Virus record (IMG/VR): IMGVR_UViG_3300032167_000002
Location: 216,286 to 280,285 of that record
DNA length: 64,000 nt
Reading direction: 5' to 3' (one strand)
Source: a virus
Lineage: Duplodnaviria > Heunggongvirae > Uroviricota > Caudoviricetes
In this document: positions 28,734-37,515 of the stretch, piece after piece
Layout of the letters: the number at the start of each line of letters is the position of its first letter
How positions within the stretch are numbered: the first letter of the stretch is position 1
Program-made: the position numbers and the translations under genes
The notes under the pieces: generated by a model
What the model was told of the DNA's origin: nothing
Seen by the model: the letters and a program-made list of their open reading frames with translations, nothing else
The model's database searches: none

Positions 28734-29102
28734 TCAACTTTTCGGCTTGCGTTTAGCGATTAGCGTCAATTCGTAGGCATCTTCACCAATTTTGAAGGCG
28801 ATTTGCCGTGTTTTGTTGGTGATTTCGACGGAATTGTAGCCATTTTCGGTCAAAAACTCCGCAATTTTAGCAATTACACCCTCTTTTGTGGGGTTTTCTG
28901 GTGCTTTTCGTGCGGTTTTGCCCTCTTTGGCGGTGCGTGTGCCTGCGTTGGCGTTCTTCATAGCCTGCTTGTGTTGCTCGTCGGTCAAGTCAAAATCGAC
29001 CTTTTCCCCTCGGTCTATCTTCTTGTCCTCGGCAAGTACGGCTTCGGCTTCCTCTCGGCTACAACGCAGATTTTTCATAATGCGGTCAACTTGCGTTTCC
29101 AT
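28734..29102 (-). CDS. Cassette gene A (122 aa), hypothetical; paralog of 32558..32911
   Basis: Shared N-terminus ...SREEA..L.EDK.IDRGEK. Confidence 0.55.
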   Translation of the reverse strand: METQVDRIMKNLRCSREEAEAVLAEDKKIDRGEKVDFDLTDEQHKQAMKNANAGTRTAKEGKTARKAPENPTKEGVIAKIAEFLTENGYNSVEITNKTRQIAFKIGEDAYELTLIAKRKPKS

Positions 29103-29200
29103 AGTGGTTGCCCCCTTTCATTACATAGTACAGCACACTTGGGGCAGGTTGTCAAGAGGGAGTTTTGAGGGGGCGATTGCCCCCTCGACCCTCGGCAGGG

Positions 29201-29575
29201 TTAGACAAGGGAGAAGTATGCCTTTCTCTTGTCCTCGGTACGCTTGACCTTGCCAGCCTCGACCAACTGGCGGAGCAGGGCGGACACCCTCTGATTGGTC
29301 AGGTCAGCACACGCAGGGATGGACTTGATGACCTCGGTAACGGTGTACAGACGGTTGGGTTCCATACCCTCGACGATGGCGGTGGCGATACCTGCGTTCT
29401 GCACCTGCTGTGCGGTGGGCTTCTTGTCAGCGGAGTTCTTCTTGGTCAGCAACTCGACCTCGTGGTCGATAAACTCGACCAGCATTGCGTTCTCCGCAAC
29501 GGCAGGGATGGCACGGAGCATAGCAAACTTCTGTGCCTTGGTCAGCTTGGGGGTAGAGGTAGTGTTAGTAGCCAT
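29201..29575 (-). CDS. Cassette gene B (124 aa), winged-helix DNA-binding protein; paralog of 33021..33404
   Basis: TNTTSTPKLTK...YTVTEVIKSIP..LTNQRVSALLRQLVEAGKV.RTEDKRKAYF. Confidence 0.6.
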   Translation of the reverse strand: MATNTTSTPKLTKAQKFAMLRAIPAVAENAMLVEFIDHEVELLTKKNSADKKPTAQQVQNAGIATAIVEGMEPNRLYTVTEVIKSIPACADLTNQRVSALLRQLVEAGKVKRTEDKRKAYFSLV

Positions 29576-29639
29576 AGTATCGACTTCCTTTCGGTTTTTA
29601 CGACTTGAACCTGTCGGTAATATTCACAAGAGGTTTCCC

Positions 29640-29900
29640 TCTTTGTGTTCTTATTATAGCACATTCAGTGCGGTTTGTCAAGAGGTTTTTTGAAGTTTTT
29701 TCAACTTTTTTTCAACCGCTTGGCTTGGGGTGTTCCCCTCATTGCTCTTACATTGTATCACATCTTGGGGCATTTGTCAAGAGGTTTTTCAACTTTTTTT
29801 TCGCTCGGCTCGCTCTGTCCTGCGTTGTTGCTCACCCTCATTGCTCCTTAATTGTACCACATCGCACCGCAAATTGCAAGTAGTAATTTGCACAAATAAC
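29640..29900 (-). promoter_or_regulatory. Tandem array of three sigma70-type promoters with A-tract UP-like elements upstream of cassette B
   Basis: Three TTGACA or TTGCAA -N17- TATAAT or TACAAT units, each 5'-flanked by GAAAAAAAGTTGAAAAAACC, with a CCTCTTGACA ... TGTCAAGAGG inverted pair. Confidence 0.6.
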
Positions 29901-29938
29901 GGGATTTTACAGAATGATTATTTGTGCAAAATTTCCTC

Positions 29939-29967
29939 TTGACAAATTGCTGGGGGTCTGTTATAAT
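29939..29967 (+). promoter_or_regulatory. Conserved plus-strand (antisense) promoter CTTGACAAATTGCTGGGGGTCTGTTATAAT, copy 1 of 3
   Basis: Perfect -35 and -10 with 17-bp spacer; convergent with minus gene 30040..30252. Confidence 0.55.
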
Positions 29968-30036
29968 GGAATTTCTGCCCGCGCACATACGTCCGCGGGC
30001 CGCCAAATCTTAATGGGAAAAGCGAGGGTTTCCCCT
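29960..30036 (-). terminator. Pair of GC-rich hairpin terminators after gene 30040..30252
   Basis: GCGAGGGG-AAA-CCCTCGC then TTTTCCC; GCCCGCGGACGTATGTGCGCGGGC. Confidence 0.5.
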
Positions 30037-30039
30037 CGC

Positions 30040-30252
30040 TCAAAATGTGTCGTATCCCATTGCTTCCGTTTGTGCGTCGGTGTACTCACCGAGATAGTCG
30101 TACCAGTCGGGAACATCGGAACACCCCATCACCAAGCCGGAATGTTCGCAAGCGATTTCTTCCCAAATGATTTCGTAAGCCTCTTCTACACTGTTGCACT
30201 GTACAAAGAAGAAACCACCATCGATGGTATCTTCAAATAAGAAATTCATCAT
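30040..30252 (-). CDS. Hypothetical acidic protein (about 70 aa); track ORF start trimmed
   Basis: The upstream residues in the ORF track are promoter-derived; AAAGGAAGTG then ATGATGAAT. Confidence 0.45.
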   Translation of the reverse strand: MMNFLFEDTIDGGFFFVQCNSVEEAYEIIWEEIACEHSGLVMGCSDVPDWYDYLGEYTDAQTEAMGYDTF

Positions 30253-30313
30253 TTCATTCACTTCCTTTCTGTGGTTATTATAGCACAGATTATTGAGTTT
30301 GTCAAGACCCTTT

Positions 30314-30786
30314 TTACAGGGTCTTGCTTTCACTCACAAAGTACTTGGCTTCGTACTGATTGATAATGTCACGGACTTTCGCACTCTCGGCTTGGGTCGC
30401 ACAGTAGAAGTTGAATAAGGTGTAGTTGCCGACACCCTCAATGTAGTTGTGGGGAATGTCTTTCAAATCGAAATGCACCGCACCTTGGTACTTGGCAGGA
30501 ACGGTTGCTTCCACTTTCCACAGTTTATCCTTTCGTGCCTTTTCCTCAATCAGTTTTACCACATAGACACCGACAAGGTTACACAAGGCAACAATACCTG
30601 CTTTGAGATAAAGGTCAAGTTCACACATCAAATAGACAGTGACGATAGTATACAGACCGTAGGCAACTGCATTGACAACTGCGGCGGTTGCCTTTCCGCA
30701 CTTGACAGTGGCGATAGATTTTACAGTTTGAATGATGACATTGGCGATGTTCAGTACAACGAACACTAAGAGCAGTTTTGTATTCA
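30314..30786 (-). CDS. Membrane protein (about 157 aa)
   Basis: Start MNTKLLLVFVV; several transmembrane helices. Confidence 0.5.
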
Positions 30787-30978
30787 TTCTATTTACCTCA
30801 CTTTCTGTTAGTATTATACCACAAATACGGGAAATGTCAAGTGTCAATTTACACAAAAGATTTACCCAAAAAATTGTTGAAACTGGTTATTTTGCCGAAA
30901 AACCGGCCCGCGCGTACGTGAAGGGCCGGCCAAAAAATGTCCCCCACCCGCGAACACGGATGGGGGTTGTGGGGGATG

Positions 30979-31404
30979 TTACTCCCCCTTGCCAATGCGG
31001 AACTCACCCTCGGGAACACTCGGCTCATCAATCACAATCAACACAGGGTCGTGAGCGATTGCGGTTCTCGGTTTGGCAATTCGCACAAGGAACAGCTTGT
31101 TGCAAAATGCTCTTGCCTTTTGGTCGTAGCAGATGTAGAGGTTGCCAATCTTGAAATACTTCTCAATCTTGACCCTATCCCAAGCCTCTTGGGTTACTGG
31201 CTTGACTGCGTTGCGGATGAACTTCCAAATCAGCATAAACGGATACCAGATGATGATGAAGATACCCGTCAGCACCACCCACGGCAGAGAGATGGCATAG
31301 TCCAAAATGTTCCACAGAGTGTTGTTGCAGGTTTCCTCTTTCCAAGTGTAGAGGGCACCCATTACCATCCAAGTAATGAGTACAGAGAGCAGGATTTCTA
31401 ACAT
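30979..31404 (-). CDS. Membrane protein (141 aa)
   Basis: N-terminal transmembrane helices. Confidence 0.5.
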   Translation of the reverse strand: MLEILLSVLITWMVMGALYTWKEETCNNTLWNILDYAISLPWVVLTGIFIIIWYPFMLIWKFIRNAVKPVTQEAWDRVKIEKYFKIGNLYICYDQKARAFCNKLFLVRIAKPRTAIAHDPVLIVIDEPSVPEGEFRIGKGE

Positions 31405-31461
31405 AGTATCATTTCCTTTCGTCTTTTGGTACTTTGATTATAGCACACTTTGGGGGATTTG

Positions 31462-31905
31462 TCAAGCGTTTTCTGCGAGAAAACGCTTGAACTTTTCCAC
31501 ATTGAAACGGAAGATGTTACGCTCGCAGGCGTGTTCCACAGGCTCTTCGTGGTAAGGCAGAGTGTAGATAGAACCCCATCTGTCTACAAAGTCCGGGCGG
31601 TCAAACAGAGTGGCGATGGCTCTGCGGTCAAACAGACCCATTTCCTCTTCGTTGTACTTGCGACCCTTGGAGTCAACCCACACACTCTCTTCCTTGGTGT
31701 AGGTGGCAGGCTCGGTGCGAGCTACAACGATGAAGCCATACTCGCGGCAGGTCTGCAGGCTCAGCGGATGTTCCTTGCAACTCTTACGCAGTTCGTCAAA
31801 CTGCTTCTTGGTGAACTCGGCAGGCAGGCTCTGCAGAAACTGCTCGGTTACCTTTGCCAGTGCGAACATGGTGGGGACAGTGTGAGAAAAAGTGTTACGA
31901 TACAT
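31462..31905 (-). CDS. Hypothetical protein (147 aa) with a conserved 5' leader
   Basis: ORF; its leader is shared with the exonuclease gene. Confidence 0.5.
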   Translation of the reverse strand: MYRNTFSHTVPTMFALAKVTEQFLQSLPAEFTKKQFDELRKSCKEHPLSLQTCREYGFIVVARTEPATYTKEESVWVDSKGRKYNEEEMGLFDRRAIATLFDRPDFVDRWGSIYTLPYHEEPVEHACERNIFRFNVEKFKRFLAENA

Positions 31906-32005
31906 AGTAGTTACCTCATTTCATTTTTGTATTGGGGGTTTGCCATCGCTCCCCCAACCGTGATTACATTATAGCATACTTTGTGGGGTTTGTCAACCCC
32001 TTTTT

Positions 32006-32221
32006 TTAGATTTTGAAAACTATTTTTTCAAAAGCAGGTTTGTAGGTTTCGTTCCACAGCTGTTCATACTTGGCACAGTTGTTGGGGTCGTAGGCACAAG
32101 CCATCAGTAACATACCAAAAGCTTGGTCGAAGTAGGTGCGGGCGGTGGGGAAGTGGTTCTCACCGAACTTTTTGCAGTTATGCAGGTGCAGGTCGAGTTG
32201 GTTGATTAAGCAGTTCATCAT
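32006..32221 (-). CDS. Hypothetical protein (71 aa)
   Basis: ORF with upstream promoter. Confidence 0.45.
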   Translation of the reverse strand: MMNCLINQLDLHLHNCKKFGENHFPTARTYFDQAFGMLLMACAYDPNNCAKYEQLWNETYKPAFEKIVFKI

Positions 32222-32398
32222 AGGTCATTACCTCCTTGGTTTGTATCTAAATTATAGCACACCTTTCGGGATTTGTCAAGGGGTTTTGTAAAACTTTTTT
32301 TCTGAATAAAAATTTGTGTGGGATGTATAATAATGCAAATTCCGGGCGCCACGCACGTCAGCGCCCGGCCAAATTTTTCGTCAAAATGCACAAAACCG

Positions 32399-32436
32399 CT
32401 CCCCAGTGCCGTGGTCAAACACTGGGGAGTTTTTTC
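32399..32436 (+). terminator. Rho-independent terminator on the plus strand
   Basis: CTCCCCAGTG...CACTGGGGAG then T6. Confidence 0.55.
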
Positions 32437-32557
32437 GGAGTTTGATTCGGTTGGCTAGGCTCTACGACCACAGTAAAACCCCCTTGCCGCAGTTGGGCAG
32501 TCTTCTTTCTGCCCCGCTGGGATGGGGGTCGATAGGCTCGACCCCACTCAGAGAGCC

Positions 32558-32911
32558 TTAGGAACGGGGGCACGCAAGGGTGACCTTGTACTTCGTGCCG
32601 TTGTGGGTGAATAGGAACTCTCGCTCGGGGTTGGTGATGTTGAAATCAGCCACACCCAGTTCCGCAAGTCCTGCCATCATAGCGGAGCAGATTTCAGCCT
32701 TTTCGGGTTTCGGCTTTCGCTCTCTCTTGGTGGGAGTGTCGGACTTCTTGCGGTCGGCTTGTCTTGCCTTTTTCGCACCCTTTTCCAGTTCGGGGTCAAG
32801 TTCGTACAACTTTTCGCCCCTGTCGATTCGCTTATCTTCTTCGATGAGGTCGATTGCCTCTTCTCGGCTGATGTTCAGCGACTTCATCAGCTTTTGGATT
32901 TTCTCTTCCAT
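32558..32911 (-). CDS. Cassette gene A' (117 aa)
   Basis: Paralog of 28734..29102. Confidence 0.55.
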   Translation of the reverse strand: MEEKIQKLMKSLNISREEAIDLIEEDKRIDRGEKLYELDPELEKGAKKARQADRKKSDTPTKRERKPKPEKAEICSAMMAGLAELGVADFNITNPEREFLFTHNGTKYKVTLACPRS

Positions 32912-33020
32912 CGGGGTTCACTTCCTTTCTGTACTTACAGTATAGCACAGTTTACCCCGATTGTCAAGCACTTTTTTCGGGGTGGGTGGGGGAGATTTCT
33001 CTCCCCCTTGGGCGGTCGGC

Positions 33021-33404
33021 TTAGCCTACCTTGGTAAAGTAGGCTTTCCGCTTGTCCTCGGTACGCACCACCGCACCGCTCTCCACCATCTGACGCATCA
33101 GAGCGGAAACACGCTGGTTGGTGAGGTCGGCACACTCGGGAACGGACTTGATGATCTCGGTGACGGTGTACGCCTTACCGCTCTCCATGCCGTTCAGAAT
33201 GGCGGTCTTGATGCCCTCGTTGGCAGTCTGCTGAGCGGTGGGCTTCTTCTCAGCGGAGTTCTTCTTGTTGAGCAGTTCCACCTCATGGGCGATGAACTCG
33301 CTCAGCATGGGATTGGACTTGACCTCGGGCAGTTCGGCGATGATAGCGAACTTCTGAGTCTTGGTCAGCTTGGGGGTAGAGGTAGTGTTAGCCATAGTTA
33401 TCAA
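33021..33404 (-). CDS. Cassette gene B' (127 aa), winged-helix protein
   Basis: Paralog of 29201..29575; conserved leader GACAGGTTCAAGTC...AAACCGAAAGGAA. Confidence 0.6.
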   Translation of the reverse strand: MITMANTTSTPKLTKTQKFAIIAELPEVKSNPMLSEFIAHEVELLNKKNSAEKKPTAQQTANEGIKTAILNGMESGKAYTVTEIIKSVPECADLTNQRVSALMRQMVESGAVVRTEDKRKAYFTKVG

Positions 33405-33439
33405 TTCCTTTCGGTTTTAGGGACTTGAACCTGTCCTTG

Positions 33440-33960
33440 ATTACATTTAGATTATACCACAAGTGGTTGAATTTGTCAAGAGGTTTTCTGAAAAAATTCC
33501 GGACTTTTTTCATTATACAACAGACCTCATGCCGTCATTGGGATTGTATTCTGTCCTTACTTGCCCTGAGTCTACCGCACCATTCTGCCGTTCGTTCTAC
33601 CCTTTGGCGAACATACTTGGTCAATGGGTCTTGGTTTCAATCCGCAGTGTTTCCGTTTCCACCAATCCATAGGGGAGTATCTCGATGTGTTCCCCTCTTG
33701 ACACACTCATTATACCACACTTTGTGGGGTTTGTCAAGAGGTTTTTTCAACTTTTTTTCGTTTCGGTCTGTCCATCAACTTGACCCGACCTACCGAGTGG
33801 AGTTGCTGTCCCCTCTTGACATACTCATTATAGCACATCTTGTGCCGTTTGTCAAGAGGTTTTTTCAACTTTTTTTCGCCATTCTGTGGCTCAACCTCAC
33901 GGCTGTGGGGAGTTGCTGTCCCCTCTTGACAATAGTATTCTATCACATCTTGAGCCAAAA
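33440..33960 (-). promoter_or_regulatory. Tandem array of at least four sigma70 promoters (about 115-bp units) upstream of cassette B'
   Basis: Repeated units ...GTTGCTGTCCCCTCTTGACA...TATAGCACA...TTTGTCAAGAGGTTTTTTCAACTTTTTTTCG. Confidence 0.6.
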
Positions 33961-34024
33961 TGCAAGTGGTAATGTTGCACAATTATGGGAGATTTTGCGC
34001 TGATTTATTTGTGCGGTTTGCCTA

Positions 34025-34054
34025 TTGACAAATTGCTGGGGTCTGTGGTATAAT
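34025..34054 (+). promoter_or_regulatory. Conserved plus-strand antisense promoter, copy 2
   Basis: ATTGACAAATTGCTGGGGTCTGTGGTATAAT. Confidence 0.5.
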
Positions 34055-34227
34055 AAAATTTCGGCTCGCGCGCCCGTGAGCGAGTCGCCGAAAAAGCCGA
34101 CAATCCGCCACCCCATTTTGGAGTGGCGGACCGCCAGAAAGGAGATTATGAATTGTCTAATCCGCAAGCACCACCAAGCGGATTTTCAAGTGGGATGGGG
34201 TCGATTGGCTCGACCCCTCAAGAGCCA

Positions 34228-34719
34228 TTAGGAGGGCAGATCCTTGGGAATGGGGAGTAAGCAAGGGGACACATCCAAGTCCCTGCCGGGCAGGGGGATA
34301 ACCTCAACCCCCAGCTCGTCAGCCATCTGCTTGGCAAGAGCAACCATTACCTCACCAATGTAGGGGATGCGTTCGGTGTAGGGTTCGACCTTGCGACCGC
34401 AGAACTCACAGACCCCATTAACCACATCACCACCGCACATTCCGCAGGTGGGCAGGTTGCTGTCCTCGTCCTCTTCTTCCTCGGCACCTGCCTGCTCGAC
34501 CACAAAGCCGAGCATCATCAGTGCCATTTCATCGGTACACCACGGCTCTTCACCATTGTGGTACAGAACCTCGCCCGTGTAGCCGTTGCAAATGCAGATG
34601 TGAGCGTCCTCGAAGTCGCACTCAAACACGGCTCGGATTGCCTCACGCACATCATTCGTTTCGTAGGTGAAGCGGTTGTCCTCGGTAGTGATGATGACAG
34701 AGTAGTTGAAGTTTTTCAT
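34228..34719 (-). CDS. Acidic protein with zinc ribbon (about 163 aa)
   Basis: Real start MKNFNYSV after AAAGGAA; GAEEEEDEDSNLPTCGMCGG...CEFCGRK. Confidence 0.5.
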   Translation of the reverse strand: MKNFNYSVIITTEDNRFTYETNDVREAIRAVFECDFEDAHICICNGYTGEVLYHNGEEPWCTDEMALMMLGFVVEQAGAEEEEDEDSNLPTCGMCGGDVVNGVCEFCGRKVEPYTERIPYIGEVMVALAKQMADELGVEVIPLPGRDLDVSPCLLPIPKDLPS

Positions 34720-34816
34720 AGTTATCAGTTCCTTTCCTTTGATGAACTCATTATAGCACACTTTTGGCGGTTTGTCAAGAGGTTTTTTCAACTTTTTTTT
34801 GGGGGTTGGGCGGTTG

Positions 34817-35479
34817 TTACACCGCCCACTTGGGGAATACCTTGTTTCGCTCGGTGCAATCCCAACAATGCACATTCTTTGTATAGTGCTTGTGGGTGCG
34901 GACACACCGCACAAAGATTGCCATTTCAATCAGTGCGTCAGCCAGTGCGGTGTGTTCCTCGATGTACTCACCATTTCCGCTGATGTATGCGTACACACTT
35001 TCGGCAGAGGTGGCACAAGTCTTTCCACCCTTGGACTTGTAGCCATTCTCTCGACAGAACTTGGCATAGCCTTTCTGATGAGTAATGGTCTGCAATGCCA
35101 TCAACCAAAGGTCGATGAACTGGAACTCGTCAGCCAACTCACGGCAACAGGTCTTGCAGAGGTCAAAAGCGGAATTGTAAGCACAGATGTACTTGACATT
35201 ATAAAAACGCAGGAGATTTCGCACGATGTTGAGTGCTTCGGCTTCGGTGGCAACTGCGGAGATTTCGCCCCTTGCCAGTCGCTCGGCATAGATGTGGAAA
35301 TTCTTCTTTGCGTAGTCGTCGTTCTTGATTTCGTCATAGAACTCCATCACCAACAGAGAAGTGGTCGCACAGATGTTGCCCTCTCTATCGTGGATAACCA
35401 CACCCACATTGTAAAATCCCTTGGGGTGGTCGATACCGCCAACTGTTTCGGTATCAAGGGTTGCGTACATTGTTTTCAT
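34817..35479 (-). CDS. DnaQ-like DEDD 3'-5' exonuclease
   Basis: Exo I YATLDTETVGG, Exo II ICAYNSAFDL, Exo III HTALADAL. Confidence 0.65.
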   Translation of the reverse strand: MKTMYATLDTETVGGIDHPKGFYNVGVVIHDREGNICATTSLLVMEFYDEIKNDDYAKKNFHIYAERLARGEISAVATEAEALNIVRNLLRFYNVKYICAYNSAFDLCKTCCRELADEFQFIDLWLMALQTITHQKGYAKFCRENGYKSKGGKTCATSAESVYAYISGNGEYIEEHTALADALIEMAIFVRCVRTHKHYTKNVHCWDCTERNKVFPKWAV

Positions 35480-35901
35480 TGGTCTTTACCTCGTTTCATT
35501 AGTGTGTTGTGGGTTTGCCGTCGCTCCCTCAACTGTGAGTACATTGTATCATAGATTTAACGGTTTGTCAAGCACTTTTTTTCAATTTCTTCCGCACTTG
35601 CGTAAAAAGTTTCGCTTGAGTTCCACACCCTCATAATGTATTTACCGCTGGTATCATCGTAACTGGACACCACGCACACACCGTAAGGGGCAATGCGGAA
35701 CTTAGTTCCTCGTTTCAGCATTCTTCTCGCCTCACTTTCTGATAGTATTCTATCACACATTGCGGGAAATGTCAATTGTGAATATTGCACAAAGTTTTGC
35801 CTAAAATAATTGCCTGGGTTGTTTATTATGCCAAATTCCGAGCGCGTGGGCCGTGCGCGCTCGGCTCAAAAGTCAATAGGCAAAATGCACAAAAAAAATT
35901 C

Positions 35902-36360
35902 TCAGATTTCTCTGAGAATTTCCAAGATGTTTTCAACTCCATAGGCTCTGCCCGTCCAGTTGTTTCTGTTGCGTTCTTCATCGTCAAACAGAATGTCAAG
36001 GGGGTTGTGGCAGAAATTTTCTTTCGGAGTGCCATAGGGAACGATTGTGATTTCGTCCCAGTTGACGCTCGGCAGGTGCTTTGCAAGCCATTCCAGTTTT
36101 GCATTGGTAACGGCTTCATCATACTCGGCAGTGCTTTCCTTGCTGAGCCAGCTGATTACCGCAATGCGGTAGCCGTTTCTCTGGAGAGTATTCAGCTTGC
36201 GGGCGAGGTCGCACAAGCGGAGCAGAGGCTTTGCCGTTGCGTAGGGAGTGGGGTCGTAGGCTCGGAGCAGGGGCAACCAGTTGGGGTTTGCGTACAGGTC
36301 AGCGATTGTTCCGTCCATATCGAAGTTGATGGTGATGTTCATAGTCTTCATAGTTTTCAT
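35902..36360 (-). CDS. HAD-superfamily 5'(3')-deoxyribonucleotidase-like protein
   Basis: Motif I FDMDGTIADL. Confidence 0.55.
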   Translation of the reverse strand: MKTMKTMNITINFDMDGTIADLYANPNWLPLLRAYDPTPYATAKPLLRLCDLARKLNTLQRNGYRIAVISWLSKESTAEYDEAVTNAKLEWLAKHLPSVNWDEITIVPYGTPKENFCHNPLDILFDDEERNRNNWTGRAYGVENILEILREI

Positions 36361-36749
36361 TTCCTTTCCTTTTTGTACCTTAATTATAGCACATCATTTA
36401 CTATTTGTCAAGGGGTTTTTAGAAATAAAATCCGCCAATTATTGCAACTGGTACAAGCACCGCAAGGGTGTAGCCAACGAAGCCAAGCAGAATGTTGTGC
36501 TTGACATTATTCTCTTGATTATAGCTAATGCATCCTAAGCCAAGAATGGCACTAATTACTGCGAAAATCCACATAGTTTGCATCTCCTTTGTTCTTTGTG
36601 TCTTAATTATAACACGCATTATGGGATTTGTCAATAATCAATTTGCACAAATTATTCCCCAAAATAAATCCTGGGGTTGGTTATTCTGACGAAAATCGGC
36701 GCGCCAGGACCGATAGCGCGCCGCCGAATTTTGAGCTGAAAATTGCGCC

Positions 36750-36989
36750 CTAATGATAGGGCGCTTCGATTTCCAGTATGTCGGTTTGAATGAGTGCAAA
36801 GCGTGCCGAAAACCGACACCCGCACCCGCAAATGTATTCGTCTGTTTTGTCTTTGTGGTTGCTTGTTGAGTCCAGGTATACCAGTTCCGCTTGGGCGCTA
36901 CTTCCGCAGTTAGGGCAACGAATGCGCGGGTCTCTCAACTGCGCTTGCCACTCTTGGGCGATTTGAGCCGCTGTTTTCATTGTTCTCAC
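36750..36989 (-). CDS. Zinc-ribbon protein (79 aa) that stops with TAG
   Basis: RCPNCGS...CGCGCRF. Confidence 0.45.
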   Translation of the reverse strand: MRTMKTAAQIAQEWQAQLRDPRIRCPNCGSSAQAELVYLDSTSNHKDKTDEYICGCGCRFSARFALIQTDILEIEAPYH

Positions 36990-37038
36990 CTCTTGGCATT
37001 ATTATAGCAGATTGTGGGGGTTTTGTCAACCCCCATTT

Positions 37039-37446
37039 TCAGATAATCCGCACAAACTTGATGATGGGAACGAGGATTTCTTCGTCCTTGTAAGGAGAGG
37101 AAACGCCCCTCTTCCAACCAACCCACCGCTGAATGGTAACCTTTTCGACTTCATCGGTTTTCTGCCGTTCGACCACACCAGCCCACACCAGAGCCTTGAG
37201 TGCGGCGGCGACTTTCTGCACCGAGTAGTCGTCAACTTTGCCGTTGCGTGCTTGGATTTCCTTTACACGCAGAGGCACACCGAGGGGCATTGTTGCGAGA
37301 ATGTCGGAGCGCAGTTCGTAGTCTCTGTCGATGCGACCTCTTGTGTTGAAGCCGAGGGAAACCAGTGCGGAGAGTTCACGCACCTGCGAGGGAGAGAGTT
37401 CCACACCTGCGGAAACATTGTAGAGAATAGTTTGTAAGCTGTCCAT
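37039..37446 (-). CDS. Hypothetical protein, possible winged-helix (start trimmed)
   Basis: Start MDSLQTILYN after the promoter-derived region. Confidence 0.4.
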   Translation of the reverse strand: MDSLQTILYNVSAGVELSPSQVRELSALVSLGFNTRGRIDRDYELRSDILATMPLGVPLRVKEIQARNGKVDDYSVQKVAAALKALVWAGVVERQKTDEVEKVTIQRWVGWKRGVSSPYKDEEILVPIIKFVRII

Positions 37447-37515
37447 AGTATTCAGTTCCTTTCCTTTTGGTACTGTTATTGTATCATAGATTTGGGAGTT
37501 TGTCAAGCCTTATTT

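Noticed and set aside
29605-34929. Track ORFs or ORF N-termini containing KKPLDK...(K)VCYN peptides (e.g. 32218..32418, 33734..33982, the N-terminus of 34228..34929, 30040..30333, 30314..30856).
   Set aside because: These residues are the translation of the promoter repeat AAAAAACCTCTTGACAAA...TATAAT. The real genes start at the Shine-Dalgarno and ATG downstream, and the rest is spurious extension.
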